DNA of 64,000 bases from contig JAUJND010000004.1 in NCBI GenBank assembly GCA_030446505.1, positions 9,099-73,098 of the forward strand. Reading direction: 5' to 3'. Position numbers and translations under genes: made by a program. Within the stretch, counting starts at the first letter, position 1. Each line of letters starts with the position of its first letter. Below the pieces are notes generated by a model. That model searched no databases. It was given only the letters and a program-made list of their open reading frames with translations, and had not been told where the DNA came from. The stretch is from Chroococcidiopsidaceae cyanobacterium YX2bin18. Lineage in GTDB: Bacteria; Cyanobacteriota; Cyanobacteriia; Cyanobacteriales; Chroococcidiopsidaceae. This document shows positions 29,637 through 40,198 of this stretch, piece after piece.

Positions 29637-30899
29637 TCAGGCTCGACGTTGCTCAGCAGGCTCTCTAACATCATTAGGGCTGCCCAGTTTTGCCCGATAA
29701 CGATAGCGCCACATCACGAAGCCAGTAATAAACAAAACCAAAGGTGAAAGCCCCACAAATAGATAGAAAATGCGTGTTGGCAACCCCCCAAAAGTGCCGT
29801 AGTGTAGGGGCGTAAAGGAATTGAGAATGCGATCGCCTAGTCCTCCTGTACGGCTATCTTGCACGTATAAAGCCTTGCCGCTGAATTGGTCAAGTTTGAC
29901 GTAACTATTAAAATCTTCTGAATCTCCCGGCACTTTTTTGTAAATCTCGAATACGTCTTCGGGCTTTTTAGGCAGATTAATAAATGTATTTGTCGCACTA
30001 GGAAGCGCTACATCTGAGGAGCGCAAAATCTGATCCAGTTCTAAGGTTGGCTTGCCATTGACTATGGTGGATTTCACTGCTGGCGGTTTGGGGGTAAACG
30101 TTGCGGCGTAAATTGCTGGTTCTGCATAGTCGTAAAAGTTCCAGCAAAAACCTGTAAAAGCGATCGCGGTGAGAAATACTGCGGTGATAATGCCAGCCAC
30201 TTTATGGATATCGAAGTTGAGGCGTTTGGGATTGGCGTTCCACTTGATTTTGAAACCACCGATCAGCTTTCGCCATCCTGGCCAGAGAACTATACCTGAG
30301 AATTACCAGCAAAAAGGCAGCAATACCAACGATGACCTTAAACCAAGCCAGAGAATTATACTTGTGATACTGAGAATTACCAGCAAAAAGGTAGCAATAC
30401 CAACGATGACCATACCTGTGTTGCCAACCAAGAGGGTATAGTGTAGCTCCAGAACCCGGCTAAATAAGGCAGTTTCTCGCTGGCGATCGCCCATGATTAC
30501 ACCCGTATAAGGATTAACAAAAACCTCCCACTGGGTATCATCAGGACGGTTGAGTCGAATGGTATAAAATTCCTGTTTGGGTAACATTTGCACTTGTCCT
30601 ACCTGCCAATCAGGATGATTGGTATAGGCTGCCTTGACACCATCTACCAAAGTTCCCGTAGAGAGGCGTTGTTCTTGAGGAACCACATAACCAAAGCGTT
30701 GCTGGATCGCCCATTCATCCATTTCATGCTGAAAGACCAACAAGCTACCAGTTAAGCCGACGATGACTAAAATTATTCCCACTGCTAAACCGATATAGCG
30801 ATGCAGCGTAAAAGCAAGATTACGTAGTTTTCTAGACTTCATGGCAGCTCCTGATTGATTAGGGTAACAATAACTACCTCTGACAATTCCTATTAACAA
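29637..30899 (-). pseudogene. PepSY-associated TM-helix (PiuB-like) membrane protein with one in-frame TAA created by a 66-bp quasi-duplication
   Basis: ORFs 30303..30899 and 29637..30200 are in the same frame (both ends are 2 mod 3). Read-through gives ...LWLGLRSSLVLLPFCW*FSGIVLWPGWRKLIGGFKIKWNANPKRLNFDIHKVAGIIT..., the classical PepSY_TM block. Confidence 0.75.
30281..30410. repeat. Imperfect tandem duplication inside the PepSY gene
   Basis: gccagagaaCtataccTGAGAATTACCAGCAAAAAGGcAGCAATACCAACGATGACC (30281..30337) recurs at 30347..30410, with 3 substitutions in the shared blocks and an extra ~8-nt tgtgatac-type segment. Confidence 0.8.
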
Positions 30900-30928
30900 G
30901 CGGGTTCTAACTTCTTCCCCTTAACAAC

Positions 30929-33499
30929 TCAAAACTGCACTGAAACTGAGCCAATTACAGTGAAAGGCTCACCAGGATAAACGGATTCTCTAAATCCCGC
31001 AGCTGACCGGATGGAATCAATATTGAAAAGATTTTGGAAATTGAGAGCCGCTCTCCAATTGTTTCTGCGGTAATAAATTGCTGCGTCTGTACGCACATAG
31101 CTAGGTAACTGAAACGAATTATCCAGATCCCCTTGGCGATCGCCGACGAAAAACAACCCGGCTCCAAACCCTAACCCCTGCAAGCTACCTTTTTGAATTT
31201 CGTAAGTCGTCCACAAACTGGCGCTGTTCTCTGGCACATTAGTTAGCCGATTTCCCACCGAAAAAAAATTATCCTCAGTAATTTCAGCGTCCGTGTAGGC
31301 ATAAGACGCAATAATGTTCCAACCGTCTGCAATTTCTCCGACAACATCGAGTTCAATGCCGCGACTTCTGACTTCACCAACAGCAATGCTAAAGTCAGTA
31401 TTATTTGGATCGGTGGTGGCGACATTTTCTTTAGTAATTTCATAGGCTGCTAGCGTTGTAGAGAGTCTGCCATCAAGAAATTCACCTTTAATGCCAACTT
31501 CGTATTGATTGCCAGTTGTCGGTTCTAGGGGTGAACCATCAGCGCTAATCGAAAAAATGTCAGGGTTAAACGACTGACTAAAACTTGCATAAAGCGAAAC
31601 CTGTTCGCTGGGTTGATAGACCAAGCCAATGCGAGGACTGAAGCGTTGACGCTCTTGATTAAAAGTAGTGTTTGACACCAAATCGATAGAGCGTTGGTCA
31701 AATAAATCGAAGCGTCCACCTAGCAACAATTTCAGGTTATCTGAAAACACAATTTGGTCTTGCAGATATATCCCCAGCGTATCTACTCGGTTATTCTCAT
31801 TCCGGGCAAACAATGTCAGATCTGAAAGATCAGGCTTGGAGATCGGATCTGCTTCTTCAGTAAAAATATTGAGGAAGAAAGATGGATCACCAGGCAACCG
31901 CCTTTGTCCTCCTACCCTAGTTTCACGATTTAGATCGACACCAAATAAAAGTGTGTGGTTAATTGCACCCGTTTTAAACTCACCGACTAAGTTGGTTTGG
32001 AAGGCATAGCTTTCGTATAAATCATCGTTAGACCTCCATCTGCGATCCAGTTGCCCTGAGTCCTCTATAATCCAAGAAGTCAGCCGGAAGTCGAAGCTAT
32101 CAGATGAAAGAAATCGAAAAGCGTTGCGGAGCGTCCAATTTTCACTGAACCGATGTTCCAGTTGATAGCCAGCGCCAAATTCTTCGGCCGTCCTGACAGC
32201 GTCTGGATTTTGAAAAATGCGATCGCGCGGCACATCTGCAATCCCTGTACCAATAGCAACAAGACCGTCATCAAACGGTCGCTCGTCATTCAAATAATCA
32301 AACTCAAGTGTTAGATCCGTGTTTTCACCAACTTGCCAAGTCAATACAGGCGCGGCAAAAACACGCTCCACATTCTGATCAAAATCACGGAAGCCGTCAT
32401 TGCCTTCGTAAACTGCATTCAAGCGATAAAGCAATGTTTTATCTGAGTTTAACGAACCAGACAAGTCAATATTCGGTCGATAAAAGCCATAACTTCCTAC
32501 TAGCAGTTCCGTAGAGTAATAGGGTTCACTCAAGGGTTTCTTGGTGACTAAGTTAACGACTCCCCCTGGTTCTAGATTGCCGTATAAAACCGAAGCTGGC
32601 CCTTTAAGAACTTCTATCCGTTCAAGATTCGCAGTTTCTCGTAAGCTAAACTGGCTCTGCCTAAAGTTATCCCGCAGAAAGACATCCTGGGTAAAACCGC
32701 GAATGTTAATTCGGTCTATCGTACCTGCGAAACTATCGTCAGCCCTAACCCCGCTCACATTGCGGAGAGCCTCATTTACTCGGATAGCTTGTTGATCTTC
32801 TAAAACCTGTTGCGGAACAACCTGAATTGACTGGGGAATATCACGTAGCGGAGTATCTGTTCTCGTTCCTGTTGTGGCGTTTGGTGCTATATATCCTCCT
32901 TCTTGCTCACCCGTAACCACAATTTCAATTTCTTCATCCTCATCAGCCGACGTTTCACCTTGCTGTGCTTCACTTCCAGGTTGGACGTGTTCAAGAGTTT
33001 CTGCTGATTCATCACTGGGTTGCGTCGTCTCTGTCTGATTCTCAGTTTCGACTCCTTCAGGCGTTTGAGGCGTTGGGGGTTGTTGTGCTTGCGTATCAGG
33101 TGCAGCAGGCGTAAAGCTGAAAATCAAACCTTCGTCACTATCAAATAACTCAACTTTTGGCACTACTTCGGAACCCGTCACTGTTACCCGGATACTATTG
33201 GCAGCTTGTGTTACCGTTACAGCAGTAATTCCTTCAGTCGGGTTATCTGTGCGGAACGTATTGCCGCTGGGTAAGCGCAGTTGAGTGTTAGGAATGTCGG
33301 CAATATAGGTATTGCTATCAATTCTTGGTAATACTCGTAATTGCTTGGCTGCTGAGGTGACTAAAATTACCTCAATCCCGTTTTCAGTTGGATTCAACTC
33401 AACTGCGGTAACTTCTATAACCTGAGCAAAAGCTGGTTGTGCAATTAAGACTGTTACTGCTCCTGCTAGCAGAAAAGAAGGCAAGAGTTGTGCTTTCAT
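30929..33499 (-). CDS. TonB-dependent siderophore receptor (FhuA/FhuE-like) with AMIN-like N-terminal domain
   Basis: 856 aa. Signal peptide, then VIEVTAVELNPTENGIEVIL...IADIPNTQLRLPSG...IRVTVTG (AMIN-like), a P/E/Q-rich linker, plug (IEVLKGPASVLYG, GGVVNLVTKKP), barrel and terminal aromatic residue (VSVQF). Confidence 0.85.
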   Translation of the reverse strand: MKAQLLPSFLLAGAVTVLIAQPAFAQVIEVTAVELNPTENGIEVILVTSAAKQLRVLPRIDSNTYIADIPNTQLRLPSGNTFRTDNPTEGITAVTVTQAANSIRVTVTGSEVVPKVELFDSDEGLIFSFTPAAPDTQAQQPPTPQTPEGVETENQTETTQPSDESAETLEHVQPGSEAQQGETSADEDEEIEIVVTGEQEGGYIAPNATTGTRTDTPLRDIPQSIQVVPQQVLEDQQAIRVNEALRNVSGVRADDSFAGTIDRINIRGFTQDVFLRDNFRQSQFSLRETANLERIEVLKGPASVLYGNLEPGGVVNLVTKKPLSEPYYSTELLVGSYGFYRPNIDLSGSLNSDKTLLYRLNAVYEGNDGFRDFDQNVERVFAAPVLTWQVGENTDLTLEFDYLNDERPFDDGLVAIGTGIADVPRDRIFQNPDAVRTAEEFGAGYQLEHRFSENWTLRNAFRFLSSDSFDFRLTSWIIEDSGQLDRRWRSNDDLYESYAFQTNLVGEFKTGAINHTLLFGVDLNRETRVGGQRRLPGDPSFFLNIFTEEADPISKPDLSDLTLFARNENNRVDTLGIYLQDQIVFSDNLKLLLGGRFDLFDQRSIDLVSNTTFNQERQRFSPRIGLVYQPSEQVSLYASFSQSFNPDIFSISADGSPLEPTTGNQYEVGIKGEFLDGRLSTTLAAYEITKENVATTDPNNTDFSIAVGEVRSRGIELDVVGEIADGWNIIASYAYTDAEITEDNFFSVGNRLTNVPENSASLWTTYEIQKGSLQGLGFGAGLFFVGDRQGDLDNSFQLPSYVRTDAAIYYRRNNWRAALNFQNLFNIDSIRSAAGFRESVYPGEPFTVIGSVSVQF

Positions 33500-33560
33500 G
33501 CTTTATTGACTAACAAGGTTTATAGTGTTGCTTCAAATTGGAAAGGAAAATTAGTAGCTT

Positions 33561-36092
33561 TTACCAGTTGATAGAGTATCTAAGGCTCAACGTCCTGCCT
33601 CTAGCCGCAGCATAGGCAGCATCAGTGCTTTGCAATTGCGAGACGACAGGGAAATATTGGCTGTTGAACAAATTTTCAATCCCAAGTTGCAGCGTCCCGG
33701 AACCAATATCGATGCTGCTGATATAGTCCACTGTCAAGTAACTATCTACTGCTCTCCTACCAAATGCGGGGTCGTCGTTGAAACGAGCGCGACTTCCAGA
33801 AAATAGAGCTTGTAAGCGATTATGCCAACCTGGTAGCGTCTCATTCTCTACATAAGCCCTAATAATTAAAGGCGGAATCCGAAACCCATCAAGGGGGTCA
33901 TAGTCTCCGTCATCATCGGTATCAATTTCACCTTCTACCAAACTTACCGAGCCACCGAGTTGCCAGATATCGCTTGGCTGGACATCAAGAGTGGCTTCGA
34001 TGCCGTAAATTTTTTCGGGAGCGCGAATAACTGTTCCAGGAGCCGTAAAGGTTGTGCCTAAGTTGGAGTCATTGTAAAAGCCAACAAGGGAAGCCTGCAC
34101 TGACTCCCAGTTTCCCCTTATCCCGATCTCATAGTTATTTACCTTTTGCGGTTCCGGGCTAAGAGACTCTACTGAAAATCCTGCTGACGCATTGCGGAGT
34201 GCTAGACCAATATCTGCTAGAGAAAAGCCTTGGGAGAAGTTTGTAAATAAATTTACTTCCTCCGTTGCGGAAAATACAGCACCGATATTAAACAGAGTCG
34301 CATTGAAGTCTAGTTCTCCGCCGGAAATATTGTTCCCAGCTAAGGTGGTAAAGTCGTCTACATTAACGTCAGCATCTTCGTGGCGAATTCCGCCGCTAAC
34401 ACTCAAGCGATCGCTAATATCCCAGTTGAGTTGAGCAAATAATCCTAAACTGTTTAGTTCTAGAGGTGGAGTCCAAATGCGATCGCCAATTTGACGAAAA
34501 GCTAGACCACCACTGTTGTCATAAGTTGCCGGATCAAAAATGCCAACAGGCTGAGATGTATCTTCATTGAAGTAATCGAGTCCCCACAGCAGACTGGCAG
34601 TTCCTTGGTTAAATAAAGGTGTCTCGATCTGTAATCGTCCCCCAACTTTTTCCGATTCCACCCTTGATTGAAAAATTGAGTTGCCCAAGCTAGCAAAATT
34701 TCGTGCATCAAAGGGAAAGAAACGAGTAAAAAAGTCTCGATAATACACTTGACCCTGAACGCGACTGCCGAAAATGTTGTCGTGGGTGTAATCGAGATTA
34801 ATTACAGTATTTTCAGTTCCTTGAGGATCTTCTAAATCTAGTCCTTCGAGGGCGCGGGCTTTTTGTCTGCCTGCAAGAGTGTTGACGATTGGATCGCTGG
34901 TAAACTCAGTGTCTTGGCTAGTATCAAAACGATTAAAAGTAAGTTCTAGGCGTTGTTGCTCGTCAAACTCAACCCCAAATTTGCCAAATAAATTCACAGT
35001 TTGGGCATCTGCTAAACCACCTTGACCGTTAGGATCAGCAGGAATGCGATCGCCTGCGGCATCAAAAAAACTGCCATTATTTGTGAACGCGGCGCTAACG
35101 GTGAAGTCAAAATTGTTATCTCGACCAGAAATTAAATGCCGAATATCGTTGCCAAAACTATCTTCTAACTGGGTCAAGGAAGCGTTCACACCTAGCTCAG
35201 TTGTAGAACTAAGTTTTTCTTCAGTTGGTGTCCGCGTAATAATGTTGATTACACCACCTGTTGCCCCGTCACCATAAATAGCAGTAGGTCCACGCAGCAC
35301 CTCAATTCGCTCTACAGCACCAGGATCAATGGTTCTTAGATCGCGAAAAACATTGCGACTTGTGGACTGAGGCACACCATCAATCAACACTAAAGTATTG
35401 CGACCCCGCAGAGATTGCCCAAACGTACTCAAGCTTTGAGTTGGTGGAGCCAAACCCGGTACTACCTTTCCTATAATCTCGCCTAAGTCTCTCGACAAGT
35501 TTGTTTGTTGTTCAATCTCTTCACGGTTAATTACCGTCACACTTCGTGGTACATCAGTTACCTGTTCTTCGGTGCGCGTAGCAGTAACTACGATATCAAT
35601 TGCTTCATCTCCTTCAGCCGCCGCTGTATCTGGCTGTTCACTTCTAGGCTCAACTGTATCAGGCGTTTCCGGTTGCTGTGATGCCTGCGTGTTAGCTCCA
35701 GGCGTGAAGCTAAAAATTAGCTCCTGATCACTGTCAAATAACTGAGCTATTGGTACAACTTCAGAACCCGTTACTGTCACCTGGATACTATTGGCAGCTT
35801 GGGTCACTGTTACTCCAGTAATGCCCTTTATTGGATTATCTCTGCGGAATGTATTGCCATTAGGTAGGCGCAGTTGGGCATTCGGGATGTCGGCAATATA
35901 GGTATTGCCATTAGTTCGCGGGAATACTTGTAACTGCTTGGCTGCTGAGGTTTCTAAGATTACCTCTATTCCGTTTTGGGTTGGATTCAACTCGATTGCT
36001 GTAACTTCTATAACCTGAGCAAATGCTGGTAGTGAAATTAATACAGATGCTGCTCCGGCTAGGTAAAAACAAGGGAATAATTGCGATTTCAT
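33561..36092 (-). CDS. TonB-dependent siderophore receptor (IutA/SchT-like) with AMIN-like N-terminal domain
   Basis: 843 aa. Same N-terminal module as 30929..33499, plug (IEVLRGPTAIYGDGATGGVINIITR) and C-terminal RGRTLSLRYSINW. Confidence 0.85.
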   Translation of the reverse strand: MKSQLFPCFYLAGAASVLISLPAFAQVIEVTAIELNPTQNGIEVILETSAAKQLQVFPRTNGNTYIADIPNAQLRLPNGNTFRRDNPIKGITGVTVTQAANSIQVTVTGSEVVPIAQLFDSDQELIFSFTPGANTQASQQPETPDTVEPRSEQPDTAAAEGDEAIDIVVTATRTEEQVTDVPRSVTVINREEIEQQTNLSRDLGEIIGKVVPGLAPPTQSLSTFGQSLRGRNTLVLIDGVPQSTSRNVFRDLRTIDPGAVERIEVLRGPTAIYGDGATGGVINIITRTPTEEKLSSTTELGVNASLTQLEDSFGNDIRHLISGRDNNFDFTVSAAFTNNGSFFDAAGDRIPADPNGQGGLADAQTVNLFGKFGVEFDEQQRLELTFNRFDTSQDTEFTSDPIVNTLAGRQKARALEGLDLEDPQGTENTVINLDYTHDNIFGSRVQGQVYYRDFFTRFFPFDARNFASLGNSIFQSRVESEKVGGRLQIETPLFNQGTASLLWGLDYFNEDTSQPVGIFDPATYDNSGGLAFRQIGDRIWTPPLELNSLGLFAQLNWDISDRLSVSGGIRHEDADVNVDDFTTLAGNNISGGELDFNATLFNIGAVFSATEEVNLFTNFSQGFSLADIGLALRNASAGFSVESLSPEPQKVNNYEIGIRGNWESVQASLVGFYNDSNLGTTFTAPGTVIRAPEKIYGIEATLDVQPSDIWQLGGSVSLVEGEIDTDDDGDYDPLDGFRIPPLIIRAYVENETLPGWHNRLQALFSGSRARFNDDPAFGRRAVDSYLTVDYISSIDIGSGTLQLGIENLFNSQYFPVVSQLQSTDAAYAAARGRTLSLRYSINW

Positions 36093-36167
36093 GTATGAAA
36101 AGGAATCGAACTGGTTTTAAAGAAAGTAATCACGCTGTAAATATTGCTATGTCAGCTTGTTTAGGCT

Positions 36168-38596
36168 TTACCAGGTGAGTGAGTAGCCAACTCGTAGCGT
36201 TCTTCCTCTTAGTCCAACCAGGTAATGTCTCATTCTCGACATAAGCCGTCAGTTTTAGGGGTGCAATGCGGGAACTTGTCAGGGCTAAATAATCGTCATC
36301 TTCGTCTTCATCACTCTCACCCTCGATCAAACTTAAAGTGCTACCCACTCGCAGGCGTTCGGTTGCTTGCCAATCAATGGTTGCTTCTAACCCGTAGATC
36401 CGCTCTGGAGCGCGAACCAGTTCTAGGAACCCACCTTCTAGGGTATTAAACGACAGCCCTAGATCTGAAGTATTGTAAAACGCAGCTAGAGAAGCCTGGA
36501 CTGTAGACCAGTTACCGCGAATGCCAATTTCGTAGTTATTGACTTTCTGCGGGCTGAGGTCACGCACAGAATCTGCGATATTTGTAAATCCGGTTGGTGG
36601 GTCACGCAGAATCAGACCAAAGTCTGGCAACCCAAAGCCTTGAGAGAAGTTGCCAAACAGACTAACTTCCTCGGTGAGATCATAGACTGCTCCCATATTA
36701 AAGACAGTAGCGTCAAAGTCGCTCTCCCCCTGGGACAAACTGCCCCTCTAAACGTGGTGTAATCATTCACATTCAAGCCAATGCGTTCGTGACGGATTCC
36801 TCCGGTTAGTTCTAGGCGATCGCCAAGACTCGCCTGCAACTGAGCAAATAAGCCCAGGCTATCAACTTCATAGGGGCGCACAAATGTGCGCTCGCTAATT
36901 TTACGGTTAACTCTACCGCCGCTTTGCGTCGTAATCTCCCCAAGTCAAAAATATCGAAAGGCTGTTCGCTGTCTTCATTTACATAATCGGCTCCCCAAAG
37001 CAAGCTCACGGTTTTTTGTTGATTAAAAGGAGTCTCAATCTGCAATCGTCCTCCTAGCTGCTCTGAATTTCCTTGAGAGCGAACTACGCCTAAGTCTTCT
37101 GGAAAGAACCCAAAGGGTCGAGAATCTAGAGGAATGCCAATGTTGGTGTTATTGCGATAATAAATTTGCCCCTGAAGTTCGCTGCCGAAAATATTGTCGT
37201 TGATATATGCCAAATTCAGAACTGTGTTTCGGTTGCCAGGACCGGGAGTGTCAATGAAATCTAGTTCGCCTACTTCAATCGCACGCGCTTTTTGCGTACC
37301 TGGAAGCTCGTCAACAAGGGGATCGGAAATAACATCTGGCTCTTGACTGTCATCAAAGTGATTGAACGTTAATTGCAGTCGTTGCTCTGGAGTTAGATCA
37401 ACACCAAACTTCAGCAATCCGTTTAAAGTAGTGCTGCTGTCTCCACCCAATTCAAACAAAGGAATCGATCGCCTTCCGCATCATAAAACGACCCGTTGTT
37501 GCGATTGAGAAACTAGCCGTAACGTCAAAATTGTCTTCTCGCGCCGAAATTAAATGCTGGAGATCGTAGCCAAAGCCGTCTTCTGAGTTGGTTAGGGAAG
37601 TATTTAGACCCACATAAGTTTGCGAGTTAGCCCAGACTCGCTAGGTCTGCGCGTAATAATATTAATTACACCTCCAGTTCCCTGACTGCCATAGGTGGCA
37701 CTAGGTCCGCGAATCACCTCAATTCGCTCAATTGCAGAAGGATCAATTGTTCTGAGGTCTCTGTTAAAAGTCTGGAGGTTGGTGGTTTGAGGTACGCCAT
37801 CAATCAAGACAGATACACTGCGCCCGCGCAAGTTTTGCCCAAATAAATTGATGTTTTGATTTGAGGGTGATAAACCAGGAACTGTAAAGCCAAGAATATC
37901 TGTTAAGTTTCTCGACAATCTCGTCTGCTGCTCAATCTCTTCGCGGTCAATCACCGTTATCGAGCGCGGTATATTCGTGACTTCTTCTTCCGTGCGCGTT
38001 GCTGTTACTACAATTTCAATTGGTTCATCTCCCTCAGCCGTAGTTTCATTTGGCTGTGTCTGGTTCCCAGGTTCAACTGCTTCAGGCTTTACTGGCGTTT
38101 CAGCACTCGGTTGAGTCGTTTCTTGGTGTGTCTCGCTTCCAGGCTCAAGTGCATTAGGTGTTTCTGTTTGTTGTTCAGCCTGCGTGTTAGCTCCAGCTGG
38201 CGTGAAGCTAAAAATAAAACCTTCATCACTGTCAAATAACTCAACAGTTGGCACACCCGATGAACCTGTTACTGCCACCCGGATGCTATTGGGAGCTTGG
38301 TTTGTTACCGTTACCGCAGCAATTCCTGCAATTGGGTTATTTTGGCGGAATGTATTACCACCTCTTAGACGCAGTTGAGCATTTGGAATGTCGGTAATAT
38401 ATGTGTTGCCATCAGTTCGTGGCAATACTTGTAACTGTTCTCCAATTGGTGTTTCTAAAATTACCTCAATACCGTTTTCAGTTGGATTAAGCTGCACATT
38501 AGTAACTTGTACGACTTGCGAAAATGCAGGTTGAGCCACTAACACTGATACAACTACTGCCATCCCAAAGCAGTTAAGTAGTTGCTGTTGTCTCAA
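36168..38596 (-). pseudogene. Third TonB-dependent receptor paralogue (closest to 33561..36092), multiple frameshifts and an internal C-terminal deletion
   Basis: Fragments 37604..38596, 36812..37459, 36612..36881 and 36130..36738 lie in three frames. After ENETLPGW the paralogue-colinear about 80 aa are missing, and the barrel end RGRTLRVGYSLTW-stop (36168..36170) is in another frame. Confidence 0.8.
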
Positions 38597-38964
38597 GAAT
38601 GTCTCCTTATACTTAATTCCACACGGATTTGGGGGATAAGCTCACGGCTTACCCCGTCCCAAACGGCTTCTACTGCCATGTTCGTTTGACAGCTGATTTT
38701 CCCAGCCTCAGAAAACTGGCTGTAGCTGTGCTAGTAAAATTTAGCTTTATTGCAACTAAATATCAGTTGCAGCAATCAGATTAAGGTTGATAGGAGCAAT
38801 TGTCAACTAGTATAAAAGCGGCAAGGGTTAAATTTCTACGATGTCAGGGTTACAGAAATAAGCTTTGATAATAGTTACAGCTTTTTGTAACGGTAGATAA
38901 ATTCATTTTTAAAGTTATTAAACAGGAAAATGTCTAATTAAATTTTTGTAAAACTAGATTTTTT

Positions 38965-38979
38965 TGAAATTAATTGTCA
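38965..38979. promoter_or_regulatory. Fur-box-like palindrome upstream of exbB
   Basis: TGAAATTAATTGTCA is self-complementary at 13/15 and matches the 7-1-7 Fur consensus TGATAATnATTATCA at 11/14. It lies about 60 nt upstream of the exbB ATG in an AT-rich divergent region. Confidence 0.4.
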
Positions 38980-39037
38980 TCAAGTATGCTTAAATATGCC
39001 GATAAGACCTTTTATGGATGGCTCTAAAAGATAAAAA

Positions 39038-39691
39038 ATGGCAATAAAGAACTTGTTTGCAGCGGGCGGCGTGGTCATGTGGCCATTGCTGGGATTTTCA
39101 GTGGTGGCGATCGCGCTGATTAGCGAACGGATTATATTTTGGGCAAGAGTAAATAAACGTCAAAACCGAGTAGTCAAAGAAGTATTGCAGCTGTATCGGC
39201 ATGAAAACGTTGTTGGGGCAATAGACAAGTTAAAGCAAAATGCTGATTTGCCAATAGCGCGAATTTTTTTAGCAGCATTAGAACTAGAGCAACCAACCCC
39301 GGAAGAGTTTCGGCTGGCATTAGAAAGTGAGGCACAAGCAGAGTTGCCCTTACTCAAAAGGTTTAACACTATATTTGACACAATCGTTAGTATTTCGCCG
39401 CTATTGGGACTTCTGGGTACAATTTTGGGTTTAATTAACTCCTTTGCTTCACTCAACATCGGTGATGTCGGCGGGAGCAGAACAGCAGGTGTAACCTCTG
39501 GTATTAGTGAAGCGCTGGTGTCTACAGCAACAGGATTAGTAGTAGCAATATTTACACTGTTATTTGCGAATACGTTCCGTGGGTTTTACCTGCGCCAGAC
39601 AGCACTGATTCAGGAATATGGCGGTCAAATAGAACTACTTTATCGTCGTCGTTATCAACAACAGGAAATTTCCTATGCGTCTACCCGATGA
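39038..39691 (+). CDS. exbB: MotA/TolQ/ExbB proton-channel protein
   Basis: 217 aa, three TM segments; ISPLLGLLGTILGLI and GISEALVSTATGL are typical ExbB blocks. Confidence 0.85.
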   Translation: MAIKNLFAAGGVVMWPLLGFSVVAIALISERIIFWARVNKRQNRVVKEVLQLYRHENVVGAIDKLKQNADLPIARIFLAALELEQPTPEEFRLALESEAQAELPLLKRFNTIFDTIVSISPLLGLLGTILGLINSFASLNIGDVGGSRTAGVTSGISEALVSTATGLVVAIFTLLFANTFRGFYLRQTALIQEYGGQIELLYRRRYQQQEISYASTR

Positions 39692-40076
39692 ACCAGAACT
39701 GCCAACTACAATCAACATCGTACCGATGATTGATGTGATCTTTGCGATTTTGACCTTTTTCATCATTTCGACTTTGTTTTTAACCCGTTCGCAGGGGTTG
39801 CCCGTAAATTTACCCAAGGCTACCACAGCCCAAACTCAGGGTTCTAACCCGATTACGGTGACGCTTGATGGAAAAGGACGTTTGGCATTGAACCGCAAGC
39901 TGATTGCAATTGATGCTCTTGAAGGGCAAGTTCGGAGTTTGATTGCTCCAAATCAGGAAGTGGTCGTGGTGCTAAATGCCGATACGCAAGTCAATCACGG
40001 TCAAGTTATTGCGGTGATGGATCGCTTACGTCGGGTTCCAGGTACAAAATTGGCTATCTCTACCCAACGTCCTTAG
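39675..40076 (+). CDS. exbD: Biopolymer transport protein ExbD/TolR
   Basis: 133 aa; INIVPMIDVIFAILTFFI anchor, periplasmic domain, overlaps exbB by 17 nt. Confidence 0.85.
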   Translation: MRLPDEPELPTTINIVPMIDVIFAILTFFIISTLFLTRSQGLPVNLPKATTAQTQGSNPITVTLDGKGRLALNRKLIAIDALEGQVRSLIAPNQEVVVVLNADTQVNHGQVIAVMDRLRRVPGTKLAISTQRP

Positions 40077-40198
40077 TAGCACTTTGCTGAGCAGGTGACA
40101 GAAAAGCTAAGTATTCCTACATAGGTAAAAATTCATTGTAGTGGTGGCTAAAACACTAAACACCACTGTATTTTGACAACTTTGTAGGAGTTGGATAA

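Noticed and set aside
30074-30259. 61-aa minus-strand ORF inside the PepSY locus
   Set aside because: It is out of frame relative to the two PepSY segments, which are themselves in one frame. The PepSY_TM block KIKWNANPKRLNFDIHKVAG covers the same nucleotides.
36130-36240. C-terminal tail ...TKRKNATSWLLTHLVKPKQADIAIFTA of ORF 36130..36738 as the genuine end of the third receptor
   Set aside because: The canonical barrel terminus RGRTLRVGYSLTW-stop is encoded in a different frame ending at 36168..36170, so the tail is read-through after a deletion or frameshift.
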